From contig CAWIXE010000001.1 of the NCBI GenBank assembly GCA_963840035.1, forward strand, positions 800,001 to 864,000: a stretch of 64,000 nucleotides of DNA, given 5' to 3'. The notes under the pieces are model-generated. The model saw only the letters and a list, made by a program, of their open reading frames with translations. It had not been told where the DNA came from and did no database searches. The DNA is from a candidate division FCPU426 bacterium (lineage in GTDB: Bacteria; Oederibacteriota; PGYV01; Palsa-1178). The translations under genes and the position numbers were made by a program. The stretch's first letter is position 1; each line of letters begins with the position of its first letter. Positions 36,923-46,777 of this stretch are shown here, piece after piece.

Positions 36923-37600
36923 ATGCATTACTGCGTAAGCGCTGAAAATATAAGCGTCAACCTGGACGGGAAGACAGTCCTTAAAAATATAAATTTAGGC
37001 CTTAAGCGCGGCGAATTTGTGACAGTGCTGGGCCCCAGCGGCTCGGGAAAGACGACGCTTTTAAAAACCCTTCTTGGATTTTATAAACCCGCAACAGGCA
37101 CGATAACCGTGGCCGGGACTTCCGAAACGCGCCTCATCAGAAAAAGGACGGGCTACATGCCGCAGGCCTTTGACGTGGACAGGAATTTCCCCATGCTCGC
37201 CGGAGACGTGGCGCGCATAGGAGCTGTCCCGGGGATAGCGGAAGAAAACAAGGACGACCTTAATATCTCATCCCTGGCCGCAAAACCCTTTGGCAGGCTC
37301 TCCGGCGGCGAAAAGCAGAAAGTCATGCTTGCAATGGTGTTATCCAGGAAGCCCGGAATACTCATGCTCGATGAGCCAAACTTAAACCTGGACATGAAGT
37401 CATACGCTGAGTTTTTAAAGCTTGTAGAAAAGGCGCATAAAAAACACAGCCATACCATAATATTCGTAACCCACCTTATAAGCCACATACCGGCGTCATG
37501 CGGCAGGATAATCGTTATGAAAGAAGGGTCTGTGATTTATGACGGGACAAAGGCCGGGCTTTTAAGGAAAAAAAACATAATGGGGTATCTATATGGATGA
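36923..37600 (+). CDS. Metal ABC transporter ATPase
   Basis: GPSGSGKT, LSGGEKQ, MLDEP, VTH. Confidence 0.92.
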   Translation: MHYCVSAENISVNLDGKTVLKNINLGLKRGEFVTVLGPSGSGKTTLLKTLLGFYKPATGTITVAGTSETRLIRKRTGYMPQAFDVDRNFPMLAGDVARIGAVPGIAEENKDDLNISSLAAKPFGRLSGGEKQKVMLAMVLSRKPGILMLDEPNLNLDMKSYAEFLKLVEKAHKKHSHTIIFVTHLISHIPASCGRIIVMKEGSVIYDGTKAGLLRKKNIMGYLYG

Positions 37601-38378
37601 GCTGGCGTTAAAAGCAATGGCGCTTATGTCCTTAACAGGCGCCGAGTGTGGCTTAATAGGAGTCTTTATATTCCTGCTTAATATCCCGTTTATCGGGGTG
37701 GCTATCGCCCACGCTGCCATGGCAGGCGGCATCTGGGGCGCGGCAGCCGGCATAGAGCCGAGGCTTGCAGCCTTTTTAGCCGCGCTTATCCCTTCGGCCG
37801 CTGCAGGGCCTGCCGCGGATAAGGCAAAGACAAACCCAAACATTGCGCTGAGCATAATATTCTCGCTTTCCATGGGGCTGGCTTACCTTGGAGCAGGGTT
37901 AATGCCCGGCGGCGCGAAAGGCGCTTCAGCTTATTTATGGGGTTCGGTGTTTTTAGCAGGGCCGCAGGACTACGCGCTTATCGCGGCCGTGCTGATAATT
38001 GTCATCGGCCTCATATCCGTATATTTCAGGCAGATATCAGCCGTGCTTTTTAACAGGGAAATAGCGGCGTCGGCAGGGATAAACGCAGGGTTTATTTATT
38101 ACATGATGCTGTTTCTGATAGGAGCGGTGGTAACTGTGAACCTGAACATCATAGGCGGGCTCATGCTTTTTTCGCTGGTTATCACGCCGCCGGCAATCGC
38201 CTACCAGCTGACATTTGACCTTAAAAAGTTTTTCATAATTTCCGGGGTTGCCGGCGCAGCCTTAAGCGCGCTGGGAGCAGTCACGTCGTTCGCGCTCAAC
38301 TGGCCCGTGTCGTCGACTGTCGTAATAGTCAACTCGCTGGCGTACATAGGGGCGTTAATATTGTCGCCGAAAAAGTAG
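37593..38378 (+). CDS. Metal ABC transporter permease (ABC-3/ZnuB-like)
   Basis: AIAHAAMAG, YLWGS, FNREIAASAG, PPAIA. Confidence 0.88.
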   Translation: MDELALKAMALMSLTGAECGLIGVFIFLLNIPFIGVAIAHAAMAGGIWGAAAGIEPRLAAFLAALIPSAAAGPAADKAKTNPNIALSIIFSLSMGLAYLGAGLMPGGAKGASAYLWGSVFLAGPQDYALIAAVLIIVIGLISVYFRQISAVLFNREIAASAGINAGFIYYMMLFLIGAVVTVNLNIIGGLMLFSLVITPPAIAYQLTFDLKKFFIISGVAGAALSALGAVTSFALNWPVSSTVVIVNSLAYIGALILSPKK

Positions 38379-38420
38379 AACGTTTTTGTGATATAATTGT
38401 ATTGTCAGGCAAGAAATGTT

Positions 38421-38529
38421 GTCATTGCGAGGAGGCGTTTTTGTTCATTGCCGACGAAGCAATCCCTGTTGTACCGTCAAGTACAGAGATTGCTTCGTCG
38501 CCATAAAAAAGGCGGCTCCTCGCAATGAC
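38421..38529. repeat. GTCATTGCGAGGAG...CTCGCAATGAC palindromic element
   Basis: Second intact copy. Confidence 0.85.
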
Positions 38530-38551
38530 TGTAAAAAAGATGGAGGGTGAA

Positions 38552-38923
38552 ATGAAAAAAATAATTCTCGCATTTACGCTTATTTTCCTTGCGGCATCAT
38601 ACGCAGCCGCGCAGGAACAGGCCACGCCGGGGCAGAAAATGAGGGTTATTGTCGAGGGCGAGGAACAGTCCGCCATCGCAAACGACCTGCAGAAACCCGT
38701 GCTCATTAAGACCGAAAAGAAGAAGGCCACAAGCGCGTCCGACTTAAAGGCCATGGCTGAGAAAGCTTCCATGGAAAACGAGATAATTGACGCCATGATA
38801 GCCAAGATGACTGACATGGAAGCCCAGATAAAATCCCTCCAGAATAACTTCGTAATATGCACCCTTTTGCTGCTGGGTGCATTGATAATGCTGGTGGCAC
38901 TGGTCATTAAAAAAAAGAAATAG
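38552..38923 (+). CDS. Hypothetical protein: signal peptide, coiled coil, C-terminal TM anchor
   Basis: GGAGG RBS; hydrophobic C-terminus followed by KKKK. Confidence 0.7.
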   Translation: MKKIILAFTLIFLAASYAAAQEQATPGQKMRVIVEGEEQSAIANDLQKPVLIKTEKKKATSASDLKAMAEKASMENEIIDAMIAKMTDMEAQIKSLQNNFVICTLLLLGALIMLVALVIKKKK

Positions 38924-38951
38924 GCCGTATTAACGCATGTAAATAGCGTTT

Positions 38952-38991
38952 TTATTGCGCAAACCCCTGCGCAATAACCATCCTTTGCGCA
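38952..38991. promoter_or_regulatory. Palindrome TTATTGCGCA-N6-TGCGCAATAA plus extra TTGCGCA: candidate enhancer site
   Basis: Perfect 10-bp inverted repeat, no U-tract, upstream of the sigma54 site. Confidence 0.5.
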
Positions 38992-39032
38992 CCGCCAATT
39001 GTAAAAAACCCTGTAAAATAAGCGTAATCCCG

Positions 39033-39048
39033 TGGCATGCCCTTTGCT
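39033..39048 (+). promoter_or_regulatory. sigma54 (-24/-12) promoter
   Basis: TGGCAT-GCCCT-TTGCT matches TGGCAC-N5-TTGCW spacing. Confidence 0.8.
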
Positions 39049-39091
39049 AATTCATATCTGTAAGCAAAAAACAGCGAAGGGAGGAACTAAA

Positions 39092-39868
39092 ATGAACAAA
39101 AGGATCTTAATTGCGGTGGCAGCGGCGGCTTTTGCCTGGTCCATGGCGGGATGCGCGGGAACTTCCATAGACAGGAATTACGTCATTACGTCCGTGGGTT
39201 ACGCGGAAAAAACACCGGGGGCAGCGGGCGTGGAGCGCGAGGCCTATGAGAACGCCAAGACGAACCTTCTTGAAAACCTGCAGATTTTCATGGACTACGA
39301 AGTGCCGCTTTCCGACAAAATGGTAAGGAACATTCTTTTCGGCACAAGCATGCTTTCAAGGGGTTACAAGAAGCCGGGCCTTTACTGCGTCACATTAAGT
39401 TACAGCTTCGACCTCTACAGGTTCGTGGTGGACAACTTAAGTTTTAAGGAAATAAGGACCTGGAAATTCCTGGGGCTGGACAACTACTACTCGGATTACA
39501 TGCGCTCGGGCTACCCCATAGGCATCTGGCTGAAGAAAAACCAGAACGCCGGAAGGAAGCACGAACCCACCACGCTGATGATGCTCTCCGCCATACCGGT
39601 GTACTCGGGGTTTTTCAACCTGAACAAGGGCATAGAAGCGGGATTCTTCACCTCGGCAAAATCAGCCTGCGCCCTTACAGCGGCTTTTCATCCGGACGTA
39701 AAGGCAAAGATGTGGTCATTAGGAGGGCTCATACTCATGACAGCCCTTGATATGTGGGCGGTCTATACTGGCTCGGACACTATCAATAAGAAGCTTAACG
39801 CCCTTGAGCAGTCGGTCATTAACGAAGGCGCGGAAACAAAAATCCCGGTATTTACCGGAAAGTTTTAA
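39092..39868 (+). CDS. Hypothetical lipoprotein with C-terminal hydrophobic segments
   Basis: MAGC lipobox; GGGAGG RBS. Confidence 0.75.
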   Translation: MNKRILIAVAAAAFAWSMAGCAGTSIDRNYVITSVGYAEKTPGAAGVEREAYENAKTNLLENLQIFMDYEVPLSDKMVRNILFGTSMLSRGYKKPGLYCVTLSYSFDLYRFVVDNLSFKEIRTWKFLGLDNYYSDYMRSGYPIGIWLKKNQNAGRKHEPTTLMMLSAIPVYSGFFNLNKGIEAGFFTSAKSACALTAAFHPDVKAKMWSLGGLILMTALDMWAVYTGSDTINKKLNALEQSVINEGAETKIPVFTGKF

Positions 39869-39890
39869 AAAACACAAGGAGGAAAAGAAA

Positions 39891-40502
39891 ATGAAAACAA
39901 AAATTTTGGGAATGGTACTTGGAGCGGCAATTGTTTTAAGCAGCGCGGTTATGGCGGAGAACGGGTATTACCAGGCGCCCGGGTATAACAACGCCAGGGG
40001 AGCGGTTCTGGACGTAACAAGGGGCATAGATGAATACGACGCAAGGGCAAACAAGACAGGATACTGGGTGGTGGGAGTGGGCGCGGCTGTAAACAGCCTT
40101 CCGCTCTCGGCCTCAAAGTTCACGCTTCCGCTGCTATACGTAGGCTACGAGTCCATTAACAGAAAGTCCATAGGAGACATGGATATGGCGTGGGCTTTCG
40201 GGCTCTATGACCTGATGCCGGAAATAGAATTTGCCGTGATGATACCGGCAAAACCGTTTGACTTCAGGATCAGCGCCGGCGGCTTCTATGACGTAATAAT
40301 CGGCGGAACAGTCGGTGTAATAGCAAAAGCGGGAGTGATCATCAACAAGTCCATGCAGTTTGACCTGGTTTTCATCCCGATAGGCACGCAGCCGACAGTA
40401 TCCTATTCAGAGTCGCTTGCGCAGCAACATATAGTAATGAACGACGGCAAGCACGGCCTTGACTTCCCGGTATTCGGAGTGCAGGTAAGCTACAGGATGT
40501 AA
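39891..40502 (+). CDS. Hypothetical outer-membrane beta-barrel-like protein
   Basis: AGGAGG RBS, signal peptide, amphipathic strands, C-terminal FGVQVSYRM. Confidence 0.65.
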   Translation: MKTKILGMVLGAAIVLSSAVMAENGYYQAPGYNNARGAVLDVTRGIDEYDARANKTGYWVVGVGAAVNSLPLSASKFTLPLLYVGYESINRKSIGDMDMAWAFGLYDLMPEIEFAVMIPAKPFDFRISAGGFYDVIIGGTVGVIAKAGVIINKSMQFDLVFIPIGTQPTVSYSESLAQQHIVMNDGKHGLDFPVFGVQVSYRM

Positions 40503-40518
40503 GGGGGAATGCGGGGGG

Positions 40519-40549
40519 CAAAAGGCGGGCGTAAAGCCCGCCTTTTGTT
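40519..40549 (+). terminator. Intrinsic terminator (possibly bidirectional)
   Basis: CAAAAGGCGGGC-GTAAA-GCCCGCCTTTTG. Confidence 0.8.
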
Positions 40550-40597
40550 ATTCCGCAGACGATAAGAAAAATGTCCTGTTAAAGCAAGAGCTAATTT

Positions 40598-40681
40598 ATT
40601 GAAGATAGTAGATTGAAGATTGCGGATTAATAGACGCAGGCCGGTTTTTTAATCCGCAATCTTCAATCTGCTATCTTCAAT
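40598..40681. repeat. Long hairpin built from heptamer units (GATTGAA-like)
   Basis: TTGAAGATAGTAGATTGAAGATTGCGGATTAA ... TTAATCCGCAATCTTCAATCTGCTATCTTCAA. Confidence 0.85.
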
Positions 40682-40773
40682 TACTCAGTCCGTCACCTGT
40701 ACAAATCCAACTGATACATTTACATAAATGAAAAATAGATTTATAATGGGGCAATTAAACAATCGGAGGCTTT

Positions 40774-41694
40774 GTGGAAAAGAAACGGCTTTTGAAAGCT
40801 TCAGTCACAGGGGAGACGCGGCTGGATATTTACATAAAAGAGGCCGCTTCCATCGACAGGAAAGCCGCGCGCGCTTTAATAGACTCGGGCAAGGTATGCG
40901 TAAACGGCGAGGTTCAGGCAAAGTACCACAGGCTGGTGCGGCCGGGCGATGATGTCAGCTATAATATGGAAGTAAAGGAAAAACAGGAACTGAAGCCTTA
41001 CGCGGCGGAACTTGAGATATTATATGAGGACCCTGAAATGATTGCCGTAAACAAACCGGCGGGCATGCTCGTGCACCCGACAAAATTCAGGGAGCATGAC
41101 ACGCTTGTAAACGCTGTAATGGCGAAATACGGCGTAAAGACCGCGCACCCCGCTAACAGGCTGGACAGGGAAACCTCGGGCATAGTTTTCGTGGCTTTAA
41201 ACAGCGCGCGGGCCCAGGAGCTTTCGACACTGTTTGAAAAAAGGCAGGTTAAGAAGGAATACCTGTGCCTGGTACACGGAAAGATGGCAAAAAAAGGGGA
41301 GATAAAAATAGGGGTATCAAAAGGCGGGGGCGGCATAAAGTCAAGGGAAACAGTGGAGGAAGGCGGCCATGAAGCGCACACAATATACGAGCCTGTTGAA
41401 GTATTTGACCATGCTACGCTCCTTAAAATAGTTATTAAGACCGGAAGGACACACCAGATCAGGTCGCATATGCGTTTTATAAAACATCCGGTAATCGGAG
41501 ATACGGTTTACGGGGATGGTGGCCTGGACGAAGCGCTCTTCGGGGCGGGTAAAAGCCCCGGAAGGCAGATGCTGCACTCGGCGTTTACGGAATTTACACT
41601 CGCAGGGAAAGAGGTTATTTCCGTCAAAGCGCCGCTGCCAAAGGATTTTGAAGAGGCGATTAAGCACTTGAAGGCCAGGATGAGAGGTGTTTAA
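40774..41694 (+). CDS. RluA-family pseudouridine synthase with S4 domain (RluD-like)
   Basis: RLDIYI, VNKPAG, NRLDRETSG, TGRTHQIR.H, HPVIGD..YG. Confidence 0.93.
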   Translation: MEKKRLLKASVTGETRLDIYIKEAASIDRKAARALIDSGKVCVNGEVQAKYHRLVRPGDDVSYNMEVKEKQELKPYAAELEILYEDPEMIAVNKPAGMLVHPTKFREHDTLVNAVMAKYGVKTAHPANRLDRETSGIVFVALNSARAQELSTLFEKRQVKKEYLCLVHGKMAKKGEIKIGVSKGGGGIKSRETVEEGGHEAHTIYEPVEVFDHATLLKIVIKTGRTHQIRSHMRFIKHPVIGDTVYGDGGLDEALFGAGKSPGRQMLHSAFTEFTLAGKEVISVKAPLPKDFEEAIKHLKARMRGV

Positions 41695-41707
41695 GAATCG
41701 TTTTGTT

Positions 41708-41742
41708 CCCCTCACCCCTACCCCTCTCCCAAGGGGAGAGGG
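41708..41742. repeat. CCCTCACCCC..CCCTCTCCC..GGGAGAGGG palindromic repeat
   Basis: Recurs inverted at 45311-45343 and direct at 45363-45397. Confidence 0.8.
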
Positions 41743-41801
41743 AATAAAAGTGCAATGTATATTTACGCATTGTTACGAGCAACATAGCGGGTTAAAAACA
41801 A

Positions 41802-41830
41802 TTGCCTTTTCAACGGCGCGGGGGTAAAAT
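41802..41830 (+). promoter_or_regulatory. sigma70 promoter (likely leaderless kinase mRNA)
   Basis: TTGCCT-17nt-TAAAAT; ATG follows after 6 nt; no SD. Confidence 0.55.
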
Positions 41831-41836
41831 TATTGC

Positions 41837-43785
41837 ATGATATATAACCTTATAATAGCAGCGGCTATAATTAACATCATTCTTGGCGTTCTCGCGCTTG
41901 TAAAGGGCAGGAACCGCCTGAACCTCTCATTTTTCATACTCTCCATGCTTTTTGCCGCCTGGAACACATGCATAGTACTCTGGCAGGGGTACGGGCTGGA
42001 TGTTTTTTCCAGGATCAATTTCTTATTCATCGACTTCATACCGCCGGTATCGCTCTATTTTGTCATGAGCCTTTTTGGCAAGCCTGAGGAAGAGGAAGGC
42101 TTTACCTCGTGGCTTTATAAGTTTTATGTGCTCATGGCCGTATCGTGGGCAATATTTACATCCGCCACTTTTTTATCCCCAGCGCTTAAAGATATATATT
42201 TTTCTTACGCATGCAGGGCGATAATCGCCCTTTATGAATTTGTCACCTTAGCCGGGACGCTCTCCGTCATCATATTCAGGTACCTTAAGATAAGGTTCAA
42301 GCAGGAGAGGACCAAGGTCGGCTATGTTATCTTCGCCTTCAGCATCCTTTTCATCGGCGGTATGTCGGACATGACCGGCGCGCTTAAGCTGCACAGCGTG
42401 GAATATGCCGGCAATATTTCGAATGTGATATACGCAGTCATCATCTTTTACGCCATATTCCGACTAAGGCTCCTGGACGCCGGCGTTGTCCTGAAAAATT
42501 TTATTGTTTACACTTTCATGGCAGTGGTACTGGCAGCCCTTTACACGGGAGCGGCATTGCTTCTTGCCAATCAGCCCAAAGTCATGACCGGCGCTTTTTC
42601 AATCATCAGCCTTATTGCCGTTTATTACGTGAAGTCTATCCATACCCGTCTGGCGCTTTTTATCCAGTCAATAGGCGGAAAGTCAGGGGCGTCTGAGGCA
42701 AAGAAAGGTTTAAATTACATAAGGTCCATGCAGCTCGGCGAAGAGGAAAAAATAATCAACACCATGCAGCTGCTCACAAAGCACCTGGAAATGGACGCGG
42801 CTGTCTACATAAAACAATCAGGCTACCTGACCATGGCATGGGCCGCGGGAAACGCCGGATTTCCTTACATGGTGGAAGGCGACGGAGGGACGGGGGCACT
42901 GGTCATAAGGTATGAAACAAAAAAGCAGGAAGAAATGGAACTGCTTGACGTATTCGGCGCGTCAATGCTGGCGCAGCTTAATTACGGAAATGAAAAACTG
43001 GGCGTGCTGGCGGCGAAAAAACAGACAGAGGATATTTCTTTTACCCAGGACGAAACCGACATTATATGCGAGATAGCCGCCGCGATATCTTTTTATATGA
43101 AGGCGCTGACTCTACAGAAGAAACTGATTGAAGAAGAGAACATGAAGCGCATCGGACTTATGGCGCGGCAGATGGCTCACGAGATAAAAAATCCCCTGAC
43201 AGCGCTCTGGGGGCAGCGCAGCTGCTCGAAGGCAAGAGCGACATGGAAAAGGACAATGTCTCCATTATAAAGGAAGAGATACAGCGGCTGACGGGAATAC
43301 TTGACTCGTGGAAGGATTTTTCCGGGGAAATAAAGCTCGACAGGGCCGAGACTGACATGATAGCCGTCTTAGCCGACGTGGTCCGCATGATAAGCCTCCA
43401 GGACCAGAGGGTGAAGGTGGCCTTCAAGCAGAAGGAAGGGGAAAAATATTTTGCGCCGGCTGACAAAGACAAGATTAAGCAGGTGCTCTTAAACCTTGCC
43501 ATAAATTCGCTCCAGGCCATGTCAGGGACTATAAGCCCCGAGCTGAAAATCGACATATTAAAAAAATCAGGATTCATAACGGTAAAAATGCGCGATAACG
43601 GCAGCGGCATCTCAAAGGAAGACATGGGGAAGCTGAAGCAGCCCCTGTTTACGACAAAGGCAAAAGGGACGGGGTTGGGGCTTGCCGTCTCTGAACGCAT
43701 AATAAAGGCCCATGGAGGGTCGCTGATATTTAACAGCGACGGAAGGACTTATACCGAGGCAACTGTTTCAATTCCTGAAAAATGA
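41837..43785 (+). pseudogene. Polytopic membrane sensor histidine kinase split by a 1-nt frameshift
   Basis: H-box AHEIKNPLTALW in one frame continues as GAAQLLEG...NLAIN, DNGSG, GTGLGL in another; junction is a G5 run at 43209-43213. Confidence 0.85.
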
Positions 43786-43796
43786 GACCGCGGGCA

Positions 43797-43870
43797 TTTG
43801 ATCCGGCTGACAAATTTTCTTATGGATTGGCAGTAGCCAGGCCATAAGAAAATTTGTCAGCCGGGTCAAA
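43797..43870. other. Long intergenic hairpin (29-bp stem)
   Basis: TTTGATCCGGCTGACAAATTTTCTTATGG / CCATAAGAAAATTTGTCAGCCGGGTCAAA. Confidence 0.85.
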
Positions 43871-43919
43871 CGCCGGGGTTAAGGGCAAAACAGGTAAAAT
43901 TAAAATAACGGGAGGACAT

Positions 43920-45257
43920 ATGGCGAAGATATTAATTGTGGACGACGAGGTAAATATACGCAAGGTATTAAGGGGGTTGCTTAACAAGAACGGATTTGAC
44001 AGTATCACGCAGGCGGAAAACGGGAAAGACGCTTTTGATCTGATTCAGGAGGAGAATTTTGACCTTATAATTTCCGACCTTAATATGCCGGTTATGGACG
44101 GCATGCAGCTTTTTGAAAAAATAAAAAATGAAGGAATACCCTTTATCATACTGACCGCTTACGGGTCCATAGAGTCGGCGGTCGCGGCTGTTAAGAGCGG
44201 GGTTTATGATTTCATAGCAAAGCCTTTTGACGAGCAGAACCTGATTAACACCGTGAATAAAGCCCTGAAGGAATCGGTTAAGGGAAGCCTTGACCTTAAA
44301 GCAGGCAGCGCTGAAGAATTCTTTTTCAGGACTGAAAATAAGGACATACTAAAGATAAAGGAAAACCTGGACAGGGTTGTAAAGACAAAGGCCGGGATAC
44401 TTATTATCGGGGAGACAGGGACAGGAAAAGGGGTCTTAGCCTCCATAATACACGCGCAGAGCCCGGAAAAAAACGCGCCGCTTATCAAGATTAACTGCGC
44501 GGCAATACCGGAAAACCTCCTTGAGTCCGAGCTCTTTGGTTACGCTAAGGGCGCCTTTACCGGCGCTGTGACAGAGAAACCGGGAAAGTTTGAAATGGCT
44601 GACGGCGGAACTATCTTTCTGGATGAGATTGGGGAGCTGGGCATGGACCTTCAGGCAAAGCTTCTAACCGCCATACAGGAAAAAGAAACCACGAGGCTCG
44701 GCGAGAACAAACCCAGAAAAGTTGACATAAGGATAATCGCGGCCACAAACGCCGACATGCCCGCGCTTATCGCGGAAAAGAAATTCAGGGAGGACCTCTT
44801 CTACAGGCTCAACGTTGTGGAATATAAGATACCGCCCCTGCGCGAAAGGAAACAGGACATACCGGGGCTCGCGGATTATTTCGCGGCAAAGTACGCGAAA
44901 GAGTATGATAACCCCAAAAAGTCCTTTGACGCCGAGGCGTCAGAGCATTTATGCGGGTACGCTTGGCCGGGAAATGTCAGGGAACTGGAGAACGTCATAC
45001 AGAAGCTGACCATAATGGAAAAGGAAAATGTTGTCACAAAGGAAAACCTGGAGAATTATATAAAGAAGGAAGACGCCGCGTATGAGAGCGGCGGCGCGAC
45101 CCTGTTTGAAGCCGGAAAAAGCGAAAAGGCAAAACTGGAAGCGCAGCTCATAAAGGACGCCATAGCAAAGACAGGCGGAAACAAGACAAAAGCCGCGGAA
45201 CTGCTGGGGATAAGCCGGAGGACTTTGTTGTATAGGGTGAAAGAATACGGGTTGTAG
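43920..45257 (+). CDS. NtrC-family sigma54-dependent response regulator
   Basis: REC; GETGTGK, GAFTGA, FLDEIG, WPGNVREL; Fis-type HTH. Confidence 0.95.
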   Translation: MAKILIVDDEVNIRKVLRGLLNKNGFDSITQAENGKDAFDLIQEENFDLIISDLNMPVMDGMQLFEKIKNEGIPFIILTAYGSIESAVAAVKSGVYDFIAKPFDEQNLINTVNKALKESVKGSLDLKAGSAEEFFFRTENKDILKIKENLDRVVKTKAGILIIGETGTGKGVLASIIHAQSPEKNAPLIKINCAAIPENLLESELFGYAKGAFTGAVTEKPGKFEMADGGTIFLDEIGELGMDLQAKLLTAIQEKETTRLGENKPRKVDIRIIAATNADMPALIAEKKFREDLFYRLNVVEYKIPPLRERKQDIPGLADYFAAKYAKEYDNPKKSFDAEASEHLCGYAWPGNVRELENVIQKLTIMEKENVVTKENLENYIKKEDAAYESGGATLFEAGKSEKAKLEAQLIKDAIAKTGGNKTKAAELLGISRRTLLYRVKEYGL

Positions 45258-45310
45258 CGGGTAGTTGGGGATATTGTTCATAATTGGGTGTAATTGATTT
45301 GTTTCTTTTT

Positions 45311-45397
45311 CCCTCTCCCCTTGGGAGAGGGTAGGGTGAGGGGAATAAGACGATTGGTTTCACCTCACCCCAGCCCCTCTCCTAAGAGGAGAGGGGG
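45311..45397. repeat. Inverted pair of CCCTCTCC...GGAGAGGG repeats
   Basis: Same family as 41708-41742. Confidence 0.8.
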
Positions 45398-45486
45398 ATA
45401 CAAAAAGAAGCAAGCCACCCCTGTTTATAATGAATAAATATGAATTTACAAACAATAATATACAATAACTGTAGTGGGTGAAAAAC

Positions 45487-45514
45487 TTGAAATCCATGGG
45501 CGAAAGGGTATAAT
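45487..45514 (+). promoter_or_regulatory. sigma70 promoter
   Basis: TTGAAA-16nt-TATAAT. Confidence 0.55.
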
Positions 45515-45540
45515 GATTCTGAGAAATTAAAGGAGATTTT

Positions 45541-46578
45541 ATGATAACCGGACTTATCGCGATACTTATAATAGTGCTTGTGCTGCCTTTTGTTTTTAAA
45601 AAGGTTGAGGAAGAGCTGGAGATATTCCTTTTTATTATGGGGCTTCTGGCTGTGACTGTTTCGGGGTTGTGGAGCCTCTACCTTTTAAAAGAGGCTCTCA
45701 TAGAACCGGTAAAAATCACAATAGCCGTTTTAATCGCCGGAATCATATTTAAATACCTGCAAAAACCCATGGATAAAAACATGAATAAGATCATGGGAAT
45801 GCTGGGCAGGCGTTTTTTTGTGTTTTTGCTGGTTGTATTGCTCGGGTTGCTGTCAAGCGTGATTACAGCGATAGTCGCGGCGCTGGTGTTAGTCGAGATA
45901 ATAGGCCATCTGAAAATGGACAAAAAAAGCGAACTGATGGTCGTGGTGCTTTCGTGCTTTTCCATAGGCATGGGCGCGGCCTTAACCCCGATAGGAGAGC
46001 CGCTTTCAACAATTGCCATTGGAAAACTCGCCGGGCCGCCACACAACGCCGGGTTCTGGTTTTTATTCAGGCAATTATGGGCTTATGTCATCCCGGGAGT
46101 TTTTGCCATGGGCATTTTTGCCGCCTTCATAATAAAGGATAAGAAAGAATCAAGCCAGGGCCTTGTGGAAAAAGGGCAGGAGACTTTTAAGGAGATATTC
46201 ATCAGGACGGGCAAGATTTATTTGTTTGTTATGGCGCTCGTATTCCTGGGCACGGGCTTCAAGCCCATAGTTGACGAATATATTTCAAAGATACCGGCCG
46301 CGGGCCTTTACTGGATAAACATAATATCAGCCGTGCTGGATAACGCGACGCTCGCCGCGGCGGAGATAGGGCCGAACATGACAATAGGCCAGATAGACTC
46401 GGCGATCATCGGGCTCATACTCGCGGGAGGGATTTTAATTCCGGGAAACATTCCGAATATAATTTCAGCCTCCAAGCTTGGCATTAAAAGCAAGGAATGG
46501 GCGAAAATAGGATTGCCTGTCGGGCTGGTTTTGATGGCGGTTTATTTTGTGGCTTTAACGTTCACCGGCAAGTTTTGA
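45541..46578 (+). CDS. DUF1646-family membrane transporter (ion transporter superfamily)
   Basis: GAALTPIGEPLST, SAVLDNATL, IPGNIPNII; about 10 TM segments. Confidence 0.85.
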   Translation: MITGLIAILIIVLVLPFVFKKVEEELEIFLFIMGLLAVTVSGLWSLYLLKEALIEPVKITIAVLIAGIIFKYLQKPMDKNMNKIMGMLGRRFFVFLLVVLLGLLSSVITAIVAALVLVEIIGHLKMDKKSELMVVVLSCFSIGMGAALTPIGEPLSTIAIGKLAGPPHNAGFWFLFRQLWAYVIPGVFAMGIFAAFIIKDKKESSQGLVEKGQETFKEIFIRTGKIYLFVMALVFLGTGFKPIVDEYISKIPAAGLYWINIISAVLDNATLAAAEIGPNMTIGQIDSAIIGLILAGGILIPGNIPNIISASKLGIKSKEWAKIGLPVGLVLMAVYFVALTFTGKF

Positions 46579-46584
46579 CGCGTT

Positions 46585-46739
46585 GTAGTCGCAGGCCTGC
46601 GTTTCACCGGCCTGCGCCTATTCACGTATATGAAAGGCTCAAGTATCGACAGTTCACACTGTTTTTGCAGTGAAAATTTCACGCAAAACCCCGTGAAAAT
46701 CGTTAAAAGCAGGGCGGGCGATTCGTGAATCGCCCCTAC
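46585..46739. repeat. GTAG-type REP palindromes
   Basis: GTAGTCGCAGGCC...GGCCTGCG and GGGCGATTCGTGAATCGCCCCTAC. Confidence 0.75.
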
Positions 46740-46777
46740 AGGAATTGTATAAAACATAACAATTAGCAGGAGGTTTT

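Noticed and set aside
43243..43785. Stand-alone HATPase gene
   Set aside because: It is the out-of-frame C-terminal half of the kinase starting at 41837
45400..45540. Na+ (DUF1646 motif) riboswitch upstream of the DUF1646 gene
   Set aside because: Leader is AT-rich with no recognisable structure and the promoter lies only about 26 nt from the ATG; an Rfam scan would settle it
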